Below are positions 48,638 through 57,802 of a stretch of 64,000 nucleotides of DNA, piece by piece. Position 1 is the stretch's first letter; each line of letters opens with the position of its first letter. The notes beneath the pieces were generated by a model. The model saw only the letters and a program-made list of their open reading frames with translations. It did no database searches and had not been told where the DNA came from. Origin of the DNA: Candidatus Methanosuratincola verstraetei (lineage in GTDB: Archaea; Thermoproteota; Methanomethylicia; Methanomethylicales; Methanomethylicaceae); the NCBI GenBank assembly GCA_049570475.1, contig CP186953.1:96001-160000 (forward strand), read 5' to 3'. The position numbers and the translations under genes are program-made.

Positions 48638-49771
48638 CTAGACGCCCCCGGTACGCTCGACGCGCGCGGCGCAGCTGAAGCATGGGTCTATTGAAGCGAG
48701 TATCACCGGCACGTCGGCTATGTTCACCACATACCTTCCCTTTGAAGTGAGCATCCTGACCAGCGCAGGTAGGTTGGCCAGCGTCGGTGTGCTCACCTTG
48801 CACCGGTACGGCTTGTCTGATCCGTCCGAGCATATGTAGTGGAAGAGCTCCCCCCTCGGGGCCTCGACCCTGGACATCGCCTCGCCCTGGGGGGCACGCC
48901 TCGGGAGCCTCTGGAGTATCGGCCCAGCGGGCAGCTTGGAGATGCAGTGCCTGCAGATTTGGATCGACTCGAGTATCTCGTCTAGCCTGACGATTATCCT
49001 GGCATGGGCGTCGCAGCCGTCTGATGTGATTACGTTGAACGGGACCTGGTCGTGGGAAGAGTACGGGTCCTCTGCCCTGACATCGGACTTGATCCCAGAG
49101 GCCCTGAGCGTTGGACCGACTGCGGATGTCGCCGCTGCGTCCGCAGGGCTCAGGATCCCGACCCCCTGGGTCCTCTTCAGGATCGACCTGTCATTGATCG
49201 CGATCTCCCTGTACCTCTTCACCCTAGGCTCGAGATCGTCGAGCCCCTTCCTTATCCTAGAGAGGAGATCCTCGGTCACGTCACGCCTCACACCGCCGAT
49301 CACATTGTATGATGAGGTGATCCTGTTCCCGGAGAGCGCTTCCATCAGACCCAGCGTGATCTCCCGGTCGAGCCAGATGTGCATGAAGAACGTGTCGAAC
49401 CCTATCTCGTGGGCGGCAACGCCAAGCCAAAGGAGGTGGCTGTTTATCCTAGAGATCTCTTCGGCCACGATCCTCAGGAACCTGGCCCTGGCGGGTATCT
49501 CCTTGCCGTGCAGCGACTCCACAGCGAGGCAATAGGTGAGGGTCTGCGCCACATTGCAGATCCCGCAGATCCTCTCGATCAAGTACAGGTTCTGTATGTA
49601 GGTCCTGTACTCTGCAGCCTTCTCGATGCCGCGGTGGTTGTAGCTCACGTCCAGGTCGACGCCCACCACGTGCTCCCCATCGACCTTCAGCTTCAGCATA
49701 GCAGGCTCCTTCAGCGCGGGGTGCTGGGGGCCTATCGGTATGTCGAATATCCTCTCGTAGCTAGAGCTCAT
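48638..49771 (-). CDS. Group 4 [NiFe]-hydrogenase large (catalytic) subunit, NuoD-like
   Basis: GPQHP, HRGIEK, L1 ERICGIC, EAPRGE, L2 DPCFSCAAR plus a 7-aa C-terminal extension. Confidence 0.93.
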   Translation of the reverse strand: MSSSYERIFDIPIGPQHPALKEPAMLKLKVDGEHVVGVDLDVSYNHRGIEKAAEYRTYIQNLYLIERICGICNVAQTLTYCLAVESLHGKEIPARARFLRIVAEEISRINSHLLWLGVAAHEIGFDTFFMHIWLDREITLGLMEALSGNRITSSYNVIGGVRRDVTEDLLSRIRKGLDDLEPRVKRYREIAINDRSILKRTQGVGILSPADAAATSAVGPTLRASGIKSDVRAEDPYSSHDQVPFNVITSDGCDAHARIIVRLDEILESIQICRHCISKLPAGPILQRLPRRAPQGEAMSRVEAPRGELFHYICSDGSDKPYRCKVSTPTLANLPALVRMLTSKGRYVVNIADVPVILASIDPCFSCAARVERTGGV

Positions 49772-50232
49772 CCCGGACCAGACCTCCTTGGCTCCGGAGC
49801 GGCAGTGGCAGGGGTGAAAGCCTTCCTGAGCGGGTAAACCCCAGCAGGCCAGTCCTCAGAGACCATGAACCTTGAAGGCGACGGATGGCCCTCGAACTCG
49901 ACCCCGAGCAGGTCCCGGACCTCCCTCTCCCTCATCTCTGCCCCAGGCAGAATGTCAGAGACCGAGGATATCTTCGGTCTGGACGGGTCCAACCTCACCC
50001 TGACGGTTACCATCAGCGAGGATCCCAGATGGAGCAGGAGGTCGATCCCCTCCTTCATGTCCACCCCGGTCATCGCGACCACATGGTTGAAACCCAACCC
50101 GGCTAGTCGCCCTACGACACCCCTGTAGGCATCCCTTGAGCAGGCCACGAGGATGCGCCTCTCCGACAGCGCCTTAATCTCCTGGACGCCTTCCGCGCCA
50201 GTCAGGGCCCGAATGGCTTCTTCCGCGTTCAT
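49768..50232 (-). CDS. NuoC-like subunit
   Basis: TGVD, S.S...PGA...ERE..DLLG..FEGHP, WP....PLRK; ATG 50232. Confidence 0.9.
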   Translation of the reverse strand: MNAEEAIRALTGAEGVQEIKALSERRILVACSRDAYRGVVGRLAGLGFNHVVAMTGVDMKEGIDLLLHLGSSLMVTVRVRLDPSRPKISSVSDILPGAEMREREVRDLLGVEFEGHPSPSRFMVSEDWPAGVYPLRKAFTPATAAPEPRRSGPG

Positions 50233-50672
50233 TTGCAACCAACCCCTGCCTTCTTTGCGACCTTGGATATGCCGTCGAGTATCGCCTCGGGCTTCGGCGG
50301 GCACCCAGGGACATAAGCATCGACCGGCACTAGCGAATCGAGCCCCGGATAGACGTTGTAGCAAGGCCCCTTGCCTCCATTCGAGAAGACCCCTCCGCTT
50401 ATGCAGCAGGTGCCGACTGCAACCACCTTCTTCGGATCAGGCATCTGCTCGTATATCCTGAGTATCCTTCCGCTCGCCTGCCTGGTTACCGGCCCGCTCA
50501 CAACAAGGATATCAGCATGCCTCGGGCTGCCCTTGAGCAATGCACCGAGGCGCTCGACGTCATATTTCGGCGTCAGGGTCGCGAATATCTCGATGTCGCA
50601 GCCGTTGCACGATCCGGTGTTGAAGTGCAGGATCCAAGGGCTCTTCCTGAAGGCCCAGTCGATTATGCCCAC
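50229..50672 (-). CDS. [NiFe]-hydrogenase small subunit, NuoB-like
   Basis: GSCNGCDIE (CxxC, hydrogenase type), SPRHAD, G.C..SGG.F, VPGCPP.PE. Confidence 0.93.
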   Translation of the reverse strand: MGIIDWAFRKSPWILHFNTGSCNGCDIEIFATLTPKYDVERLGALLKGSPRHADILVVSGPVTRQASGRILRIYEQMPDPKKVVAVGTCCISGGVFSNGGKGPCYNVYPGLDSLVPVDAYVPGCPPKPEAILDGISKVAKKAGVGCK

Positions 50673-50673
50673 A

Positions 50674-51012
50674 TCAGCGCCTCCTGTACGTCATTATGGC
50701 ATACAGAGCCAACCCGGAGAGAGCGATGTAGGCAATTGGGAGGAAGACATTGGATGCAGAGAAGGAGAAGATCAGGACGATCGAAATGACGTCGAATATC
50801 AGGAAGAATGCAGCAAAATCAAACATGTGGATACTCACAGGAACCTGTTCAGGCGGGAGCTCTTCACCGCACGCATATGGCTGGAGCTTGGCGCCCTTTT
50901 CGGCCCCTTCGCCAACGTTTTTGCCTCCAGACCGCCCGCACAGGTACACGAGGGCAGCCGCCAGCAACGCCAGCGCAAAGACCCCTGCAGGGCCGGCCAG
51001 ATCCAAGAACAT
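50674..51012 (-). CDS. NuoA-like membrane subunit
   Basis: K..PYACGE loop, F.FA.FFLIFDV; three TM helices. Confidence 0.85.
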   Translation of the reverse strand: MFLDLAGPAGVFALALLAAALVYLCGRSGGKNVGEGAEKGAKLQPYACGEELPPEQVPVSIHMFDFAAFFLIFDVISIVLIFSFSASNVFLPIAYIALSGLALYAIMTYRRR

Positions 51013-51044
51013 GGCTTTCCCGACCGATAGAAAGGATGCTGAAG

Positions 51045-51067
51045 GGGTATATATATCTTATATAACC
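51045..51067 (-). promoter_or_regulatory. TATA region / imperfect palindrome upstream of the hydrogenase operon
   Basis: GGTATATA-tatct-TATATAACC, about 35-55 nt upstream of the nuoA-like ATG. Confidence 0.4.
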
Positions 51068-51193
51068 ATGCAATAAAGCCGCAAAAGCGGAGTAAAATCT
51101 ACAAAATCCCGAATCGATGCTGGGCAGGGGCAGCATGCACGAAAACGCAGGATTAGGCCGGCATCGGCGTTGGCGTCGGTCTTGGCTTCGGAA

Positions 51194-52132
51194 TCAGTAG
51201 CAGATCTCACCCGGCCTCTTTTTTATGTAGCTGTATGCCGTAAGGGCTGCCGTAGCACCCTGCCCTGCCGCGATTATCACCTGCGCGTACGGGGTGTCGG
51301 TTATGTCGCCCGCGGCGAAGAGGCCCTCGCAGCTAGTCCGCCCGGACTTGTCTGTGATTATCTTTCCAGCAGCGTCTGTCGCGACAAGATGCCTGACGTA
51401 GTCGAGCTTTATGTCCCTGCCTATGTCCAAGAAGACCTCGTCGACCCTCAGCTCCCTCTCCTCTCCAGTGGCGGTGTTTTTCAAAATCACAGACTCGAGG
51501 GCGTCTCCGCCCCTCATCTCGGTTATCACCGTGTTAAGCAAGAATTCCACGTTGGGGATAGACCTCAGGCGCACGAGTGTCAGCTCGTCGCCCCTGAAGC
51601 AGTCCCTGCGGTGTATGAGGTAGACCCTCGCGGCGAACCCAGAGAGGAGCTCAGAGCGCTGGAGCGCAGTGTTGCCACCGCCCACAACTGCTACAACCTT
51701 GCCTTTTATCCTGTCAGCATTGCACCTCAGCGAGAGGTTTACCCCCCTGCCAAAGAACCGGTCCTCTCCCGGGACGCAGAGGCGGCGGGGTTGTCGCCCC
51801 CCAGTCACGATGACAGCCTTCGACTCGAAGTCGCCCGCTGAAGTATGGACCTTGAAGGCATCGCCCTCTTTTTCTATCCTCGTCACCTCGGCAAGGATGA
51901 ACTCTGCCCCGTACTCCTTGGCCTGGGCTTCGAAGGCGGCGGCCAGCCCCATCCCGCTCTTCTCCAAGTATCCAGGGTAGTTGTCGATCTTCTCGGTCTG
52001 TAGGACCTGCCCGCCGATGTCCAGGGTGATAACGAGGGTATTGAGGAGCCGCTTCCTCGCGTAGACTGCCGCAGCGAGGCCGGCGGGCCCCCCACCGACA
52101 ATTATGAGATCATATAGAACCAGGCAAACCAC
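51194..52132 (-). CDS. Thioredoxin reductase-like FAD/NAD(P)-dependent oxidoreductase with atypical SxxC active site
   Basis: GGGPAGL.AA.Y, GGQ, NYPG, PGE..F.GRGV, GGGNTA, HRR, FAAGD; canonical SYCATCD replaced by NLSLRCN. Confidence 0.85.
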   Translation of the reverse strand: MVCLVLYDLIIVGGGPAGLAAAVYARKRLLNTLVITLDIGGQVLQTEKIDNYPGYLEKSGMGLAAAFEAQAKEYGAEFILAEVTRIEKEGDAFKVHTSAGDFESKAVIVTGGRQPRRLCVPGEDRFFGRGVNLSLRCNADRIKGKVVAVVGGGNTALQRSELLSGFAARVYLIHRRDCFRGDELTLVRLRSIPNVEFLLNTVITEMRGGDALESVILKNTATGEERELRVDEVFLDIGRDIKLDYVRHLVATDAAGKIITDKSGRTSCEGLFAAGDITDTPYAQVIIAAGQGATAALTAYSYIKKRPGEICY

Positions 52133-52153
52133 CTGCCAAAAATTGGCTGAGCG

Positions 52154-54190
52154 CTATCCCTTCATGGTGAGGAGCTCTGCCTTCAGCTCCTCGTATGCGC
52201 GCTTCACCTCGTCCACGCTCGCCTCGTCCTCGAGCGTAGTGATGTCACCCAGCTGGCGCTCCTCAACAACGGCTGCGATTACCCTCCGCATTATCTTCCC
52301 GCTCCTCGTCTTCGGGAGCTTGTCAACGAAGTAGACCGCCCCGGGTGCGGCTATAGGTCCTATCGTGTTCCTTATGTGGTTTATCAGCTCGATCCTCAGC
52401 TGCGGCGACGGTACGTGCCCTGGGCGCAGCACGACAAACGCGACCGGCACCTGCATCTTTATCGGATCAGACTTGCCGACGACAGCCGACTCAGCCACAG
52501 CCGGGTGCGATATTAGGGCGTCCTCCAGCTCAATGGTTCCTATCCGGTGCCCCGCCACCTTTAGGACCTCGTCCGCCCTACCGAGTAGCCAGAAGTACCC
52601 GTCCTCGTCCTTCATGGCAAAGTCCCCCGGGTAATAGCACCCGGCGAACCTGGTGAAATATATGCTCCTGAACCGCTCAGGGTCCCCCCAGAGGGTCATG
52701 AACTGCCCTGGCCAAGGCTTCCGTATCACCAATAGCCCCTTCTCGTTCGGGCCTGCGATCCTGCCGTCCTCGGTGAAGACCTCGGCGTCCACGCCCGGCA
52801 GGGGGAGCGTGGCGGATCCGGGCTTCAGCGGGATGGGGGCGAGCCCCGGCTGCGGCGCTATCATGATACCGCCAGTCTCGGTCTGCCACCAAGTATCTAC
52901 AATCGGCGCCCGCTGTCTGCCTACGTTGGTGTAGTACCAGTTCCAGGCCTCAGGGTTAATCGGCTCCCCCACGCTCCCGAGTATCCTGATGCTCGAGAGG
53001 TCGTGGCGCTTGACCCACTCCTCACCGTATTTCATGTGCATTCTTATCGAAGTGGGGGAGGTATAGAATATCGTAACCCCGTACCTCTCGACGAGGTCCC
53101 ACCATCTGTCCGGCATCGGGTAGTCAGGCGCCCCATCGTAGATGAGCGATGTCGCACCGCTTATGAGCGGCCCGTAGACGACATAGGTATGCCCGGTTAT
53201 CCACCCTATGTCCGCGGTGCACCAGTAGATGTCCCTGTCGTCAATGTCAAAGACGAGCTTCTGCGTGAAGTGAGTCCAGACCATGTAACCTGCGGTGCCG
53301 TGTGTCGCCCCCTTAGGCTTCCCGGTGGTCCCTGACGTGTATAGTATGAAGCTCGGGAAGGTCCCCTCCAGCCGCTCGGGCTCCACATACCTGCTCGCCT
53401 GCTCTGCGATTTCGTGGTACCAGACATCCCTGTCCTCGACCATCGCAACGTCGCCTTCTCCCCTCCGGACGACCAAGACCTTCTCGACCGTGCTCGTATG
53501 CTTCAGGGCCTCGTCCACTATCGCCTTGATAGGGATCGCCCTGCCGCGCCTGCATGACACGTCCGAAGTGATCACCATCTTGCTCTGCGAGTCGTTCACC
53601 CTGTCGGCGATGGCCTGTGAGGTGAAGCCGGCAAAAATCACTGAGTGTATCGCGCCTATCCTTGTGCACGCAAGCAGGCACGCCACCAGCTCAGGGATCA
53701 TCGGCATGTAGACCGTGACCCGGTCTCCTTTGGAGATGCCGAGCGACTTCAGGACGGAGGCGAACCTGTTTACCTCCTTGTAGAGATCGTAGTAGGTGAG
53801 GGCCCTCCTCTCGCCTTCCTCTGATTCCCAGTAGATGGCGACCTTGTTCTTCCTCCAGCTGTTCACATGGCGGTCAAGAGCATTGTAGGAGATATTCGTC
53901 TTCCAGAGCGGGAACCACCGCGCGTAAGGGGGGACTTCGATGGGCTGGAGGACGGGCCCGTTCTTCTCGTACCAGAAGAGCTCGTCGGCAAACCTGTGCC
54001 AGAAGGTCTCTGGATCTTCAAGGCTCTGCCTGCGTATCTCATTCATCACGTTGACGTCAGGGTGTGCGGTCTTCGAAGTGGGGAGTACGCTGAGGATCCT
54101 GTCCAAAAATGTGACCTCCCTGAGAGGCCTAGCGATCTCTCGTTGTCCTAGTCTCCGAGTTCTTCTGCTTGCACTGTGCCGTGATGTCAT
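52154..54190 (-). CDS. acs: Acetyl-CoA synthetase (AMP-forming)
   Basis: YTSGTTGKPKG, WCTADIGWITGH, GEPINPEAW, DTWWQTETG, LPKTRSGKIMRR. Confidence 0.95.
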   Translation of the reverse strand: MTSRHSASRRTRRLGQREIARPLREVTFLDRILSVLPTSKTAHPDVNVMNEIRRQSLEDPETFWHRFADELFWYEKNGPVLQPIEVPPYARWFPLWKTNISYNALDRHVNSWRKNKVAIYWESEEGERRALTYYDLYKEVNRFASVLKSLGISKGDRVTVYMPMIPELVACLLACTRIGAIHSVIFAGFTSQAIADRVNDSQSKMVITSDVSCRRGRAIPIKAIVDEALKHTSTVEKVLVVRRGEGDVAMVEDRDVWYHEIAEQASRYVEPERLEGTFPSFILYTSGTTGKPKGATHGTAGYMVWTHFTQKLVFDIDDRDIYWCTADIGWITGHTYVVYGPLISGATSLIYDGAPDYPMPDRWWDLVERYGVTIFYTSPTSIRMHMKYGEEWVKRHDLSSIRILGSVGEPINPEAWNWYYTNVGRQRAPIVDTWWQTETGGIMIAPQPGLAPIPLKPGSATLPLPGVDAEVFTEDGRIAGPNEKGLLVIRKPWPGQFMTLWGDPERFRSIYFTRFAGCYYPGDFAMKDEDGYFWLLGRADEVLKVAGHRIGTIELEDALISHPAVAESAVVGKSDPIKMQVPVAFVVLRPGHVPSPQLRIELINHIRNTIGPIAAPGAVYFVDKLPKTRSGKIMRRVIAAVVEERQLGDITTLEDEASVDEVKRAYEELKAELLTMKG

Positions 54191-54393
54191 TTAACTGAAC
54201 GTACATTGTTTTTGGCATAGGCAAATTATTTCCTTGACTAAGTATATAAGAATTTCGTAGAATTACAATTATTTATAATTATAGATTTTGGGTAAAAATG
54301 CCTTAAAGGGGCAAATATACGGTACGACAGCGCTCAAATCAGAGGGGTTCTCGACTGTCTCTTGCAGCCTCAGCCCTTTTGCTCAGGGTTCGG

Positions 54394-54789
54394 CTATTCG
54401 ATCCCCATGAGGGCGAAGCTGATCTGCCTGATCTCGCGGTTCGCCTTCATCCCGTCTATCAGCTCCTTCAGGCGCCTTGACTGCCCCTTCACGACCATCA
54501 CCTCAAGGCAGGTGGTGTCGTCCATATGCGAGTGGAGGAATGTGGAGATGATGTCCCCAAACTCATGCTGCAGGCGGAGCTGTGCCTCGCCCTTCTCCCT
54601 CTTGTCGTATAGGACAGTTATAGTGGCCATCACTTCGCCCTCGATCTTTTCCAGCGACCTGTACTCGGTGATGTACTTCCGTACTGCATGCCTGATGACT
54701 TCCGATCTGCTGGCGTACCACTCCTTCCCGAGCACATTGTCGAGCTCAGAGAGGAGATCCTCGGGGAGAGAGATGCTCACGATCACCAA
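54394..54789 (-). CDS. nikR: NikR-family RHH metal-responsive regulator
   Basis: VSISLP RHH strand, SRSEVIR.A, QH...H.H.....CLE nickel-site residues. Confidence 0.85.
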   Translation of the reverse strand: MVIVSISLPEDLLSELDNVLGKEWYASRSEVIRHAVRKYITEYRSLEKIEGEVMATITVLYDKREKGEAQLRLQHEFGDIISTFLHSHMDDTTCLEVMVVKGQSRRLKELIDGMKANREIRQISFALMGIE

Positions 54790-55006
54790 TTTTCATACCA
54801 TCCATTTCGATAATATTCCATCCATTATTCAAATCCATTTCCGCGCCAGAGCAGGGTGCACCACTCGCTTTTCCTTTTTTGAGCGAGCCCTGGATGGCGG
54901 CAAGGACGCATTTCCACCTTTCTTATCGGGGCGCAGGTATATAATTATGCCACGGCACCGGAAGGACCCATCTCCGAACGGGTTGCCGCCCCTGGCACGG
55001 AAAGGG

Positions 55007-55828
55007 TCACCCAAGCCGCGCGTAGGCTGCGACGATCAGGTAAACCGCCACCATTGTGAAGACGATGATGCCGCTGGTGGCCACATTGTAGAACGCAGAG
55101 ACGATCACCCCCAGGACAGTGCTGAGGACCCCAATGAGCACAGTCGAGACCACAGTCCTCCTGAAGGAGAGGCGCAGCTGGAGGGCTGCGAGTGCTGGGA
55201 GCACGATCAGCGCGACCACCAGTATGATCCCGATTATCCTTATGGAGAGTATGATCGTCAATGCGACTATGAGGTTGAATATCAGGGATATCGTGCGGAC
55301 CGGGATCCCCATCATCCTCGCGGACTCTGCATCGAAAGTTATGGCCAAGATCTCCTTGTAGAAGAGCGTGAGGAATGCCAATACCACCAACCCCAGAGCC
55401 GTGACGAGCAGCAAGTCCTGCTGGCTGATGGTGAGGATGGACCCGAACAGGTATGTGAAGAGGTCGACGCTGAAGCCGCCTGCCAGGCTTACCACTATCA
55501 GCCCTGTCGAGAAGCCTAGGGCGAGCATTACAGCCGTCGCAGAGTCGGAATGCGCCAACCCTTTACCCCTCATGTAGCTGATGCCCAGGACCGCGAGGAT
55601 CGAGACGACCAGCGCAGAGAGGATCGGGTCGATGCCCAGGAAAATCCCAATGGCTATCCCGCCGAATGCGGTGTGCGCTACCCCGTCGACTATCATTGCT
55701 TCCCTCCTAAGCACAAGGAAGAGGCCGATCCACCCGCAGGCAAATGCCGCCAGGCTTCCGCCAATCAAAGCGTACTGGAAGAACTGGTAGCCGAGCAGGT
55801 CGAAGAATGAGAAGGCAGGGCTAATCAT
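55007..55828 (-). CDS. Zn/Mn-type (ZnuB-like) metal ABC transporter permease
   Basis: G.FLVLR, D..AH.AF.G, YLFGSIL, FD...A, G.ILV.AL...PA; ATG 55828 overlapping the ATPase stop. Confidence 0.92.
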   Translation of the reverse strand: MISPAFSFFDLLGYQFFQYALIGGSLAAFACGWIGLFLVLRREAMIVDGVAHTAFGGIAIGIFLGIDPILSALVVSILAVLGISYMRGKGLAHSDSATAVMLALGFSTGLIVVSLAGGFSVDLFTYLFGSILTISQQDLLLVTALGLVVLAFLTLFYKEILAITFDAESARMMGIPVRTISLIFNLIVALTIILSIRIIGIILVVALIVLPALAALQLRLSFRRTVVSTVLIGVLSTVLGVIVSAFYNVATSGIIVFTMVAVYLIVAAYARLG

Positions 55829-56600
55829 TCCTGAACTCCCCCTTGCATTCGTGCCTGTGGAAGACGAAGTGGAAGTGCTCGCCATAGGCCTTCCGGAGTA
55901 TCTCGTTCGGATCCACATCAGGCGTGATCTCTGCCACGTTGACCTCCCTGTTGACGCAGATGAGCTTCGACATCCTGCAGAAGACTGCGGTGAGGTCGTG
56001 CGACACCATCAGGATCGTGATGCCCTTCCTCTGGTTGAGGTCGCTCATCTTCTGGTAGAACTTCTCCTGGGTGACGGCGTCGATCCCAGCCACCGGCTCG
56101 TCAAGGATTATAACATCGGGATCCCTGACCAGCGCCATCGCGACGAACATGCGCTGCTTCTGACCGCCCGAGAGCTCCCCTATCCTCTTCCCCGCAAGGT
56201 CGGAGATCCCCATGAATTCAAGAGCCTCGTCGACCCTACTCCAGTCAGCCCTCTTGAGGGGCCTGCCGATGCTCCTCGGACCTAGCCGGCCGAGGGAAAC
56301 GAGCTCCCTCACCGTGAGCGGGAAGTCGGAATCGAAGTTGATTGCGTCCTGCGAAACGTAAGCAATCTTCCCCCAGTCTGAGAACCTCTCGAGGTCTTTG
56401 CCGAAGATCTTAACTGTGCCCCTCTGCCGCGGGATGATGCCCAGAACGGCGAGCAGCAAGGTCGTCTTCCCGCCTCCGTTCGGCCCGACTATGCCAACAT
56501 AGTCCCCTTTGTCGATCTCAAAGCTCGCGCCCTGGATGACCAGCGCGCCAGAACGCATCACATCAAGGTCCTTGACTTCGATGACGGCTCCCCGCTCCAT
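55821..56600 (-). CDS. Zn/Mn-type (ZnuC-like) metal ABC transporter ATPase
   Basis: GPNGGGKTT, LSGGQKQR, LDEP, SHD, His-rich C-terminus HFHFVFHRHEC. Confidence 0.93.
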   Translation of the reverse strand: MERGAVIEVKDLDVMRSGALVIQGASFEIDKGDYVGIVGPNGGGKTTLLLAVLGIIPRQRGTVKIFGKDLERFSDWGKIAYVSQDAINFDSDFPLTVRELVSLGRLGPRSIGRPLKRADWSRVDEALEFMGISDLAGKRIGELSGGQKQRMFVAMALVRDPDVIILDEPVAGIDAVTQEKFYQKMSDLNQRKGITILMVSHDLTAVFCRMSKLICVNREVNVAEITPDVDPNEILRKAYGEHFHFVFHRHECKGEFRND

Positions 56601-56713
56601 TGTCTTCCACCATTCCCCCTGCTCTTAACTGATGAATTCGGCTAAAAAAGATTATTTGGCAGGCATCATTGAATTTTGGTCATGTTCTCACACAGCTACA
56701 CCGGATCAAAAAA

Positions 56714-57670
56714 TCATCCGGCTAAAAGCCCAGACTTCAGGTTTTCGAGGTTCGAGGCGAGCTGATCTAGGTAATCCTTCCCGTCGACCGGACCGAGCGC
56801 CAGGTAGAGCTTCAGGATCTTCACCGCCATCCCCGTTTGGCTCTCGAGCTCACCCTTCAGCGTATTAATGTACGATGGCGAGTATGCAGGGTCTACGTAA
56901 AGGACCGAGATGTTGTGCTCGACCATAAAGTCGACAAGCGCACGCAGCTCCTGGACGCTTGGCTGCTTGTCGGCTGTGAGGCCTATCACGCTGCGCTGCT
57001 CGAATCCGTATCTGCTGCAGAGGTACCCGTAGGCGCCGTGGGATACGATTATTTCGCTCCGAGACTTGTTCGCAAGCTCCTGCTGGTACCTTGCATCCAG
57101 CGAATCTAGCTTTGCCTTGAGGGTGTCCCATCTTGCTTTGTAATACTCTGAATGACTCGGGTCGACCTCCACCAGTGCTGAGTATATCCTCTCTGCCTGC
57201 TTCCCAGCCATGTATGGCGAGATCCAGGTGTGGGGGTCATACTCCCCTCCATGATCGTGCTCATAGGCTTCAGGCTCGCCCTCGCCCAGGGCAAGGAGCT
57301 CCAAGCCCTCGGTCGTGTCCAAGACCACCGTCCGTGACAGGTTAAGCGAGGGCAGGACTTTCTCATTGAACCATGGCTCGAGCCCCGCCCCGTTCAGGAC
57401 TATCAATTCGGCATTTGTCAGTGCGATCATGTCGGAGACGGACGGCTGCCAGGAATGCACTTCGGTGTTGTAAGGGATAAGCGATCTGACCAAGACATGG
57501 TCGCCGCCTATCTCCTGGGCCATGTAAGCCAGCGGGTAGAAGGTCGCGACCACGCTGACCTTCCCGTCTTGCATTTGGGACTGCTGACCGCCAAGGACAT
57601 AAAGGGAAACCAGAGCGACTGCCAATGCCCCAAATACTGCCAACAGGAAGATGGCCTGCCGAGAATTCAT
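56714..57670 (-). CDS. Cluster A-I (ZnuA/TroA/AdcA-like) metal-binding protein
   Basis: N-terminal TM anchor, VVATFYP, EVH, NG.GLE.W, short His loop, DPHTW.SP, H.A..Y; ATG 57670. Confidence 0.92.
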   Translation of the reverse strand: MNSRQAIFLLAVFGALAVALVSLYVLGGQQSQMQDGKVSVVATFYPLAYMAQEIGGDHVLVRSLIPYNTEVHSWQPSVSDMIALTNAELIVLNGAGLEPWFNEKVLPSLNLSRTVVLDTTEGLELLALGEGEPEAYEHDHGGEYDPHTWISPYMAGKQAERIYSALVEVDPSHSEYYKARWDTLKAKLDSLDARYQQELANKSRSEIIVSHGAYGYLCSRYGFEQRSVIGLTADKQPSVQELRALVDFMVEHNISVLYVDPAYSPSYINTLKGELESQTGMAVKILKLYLALGPVDGKDYLDQLASNLENLKSGLLAG

Positions 57671-57732
57671 AAAGTCACCGATCAACACTCCCAACTGTTG
57701 CTTATTAAATTTTTGGTAATCTGATAATAAAT

Positions 57733-57762
57733 ATTATTAAAAATATTTAAACTATTAATAAT
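57733..57762. promoter_or_regulatory. Candidate NikR-type operator ATTATTA-N16-TAATAAT upstream of the metal-ABC/nikR genes
   Basis: Perfect 7-bp inverted repeat with a 16-bp spacer; a second TTATTA-N17-TAATAA lies at 57702-57730. Confidence 0.45.
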
Positions 57763-57802
57763 CAATCCACGGGGAGGGATAAATATGTGGTGGCGAGAAC
57801 AG

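Noticed and set aside
48638-49771. Annotation as NADH dehydrogenase NuoD/FpoD, or as a selenocysteine hydrogenase
   Set aside because: All four Ni-Fe Cys ligands are present, arguing against plain complex I; no in-frame TGA
54852-54892. Hairpin CAGGG..CTCGCT/AGCGAG-CCCTG between the permease and nikR as a metal riboswitch
   Set aside because: Single imperfect hairpin with no recognisable NiCo, yybP or cobalamin riboswitch core
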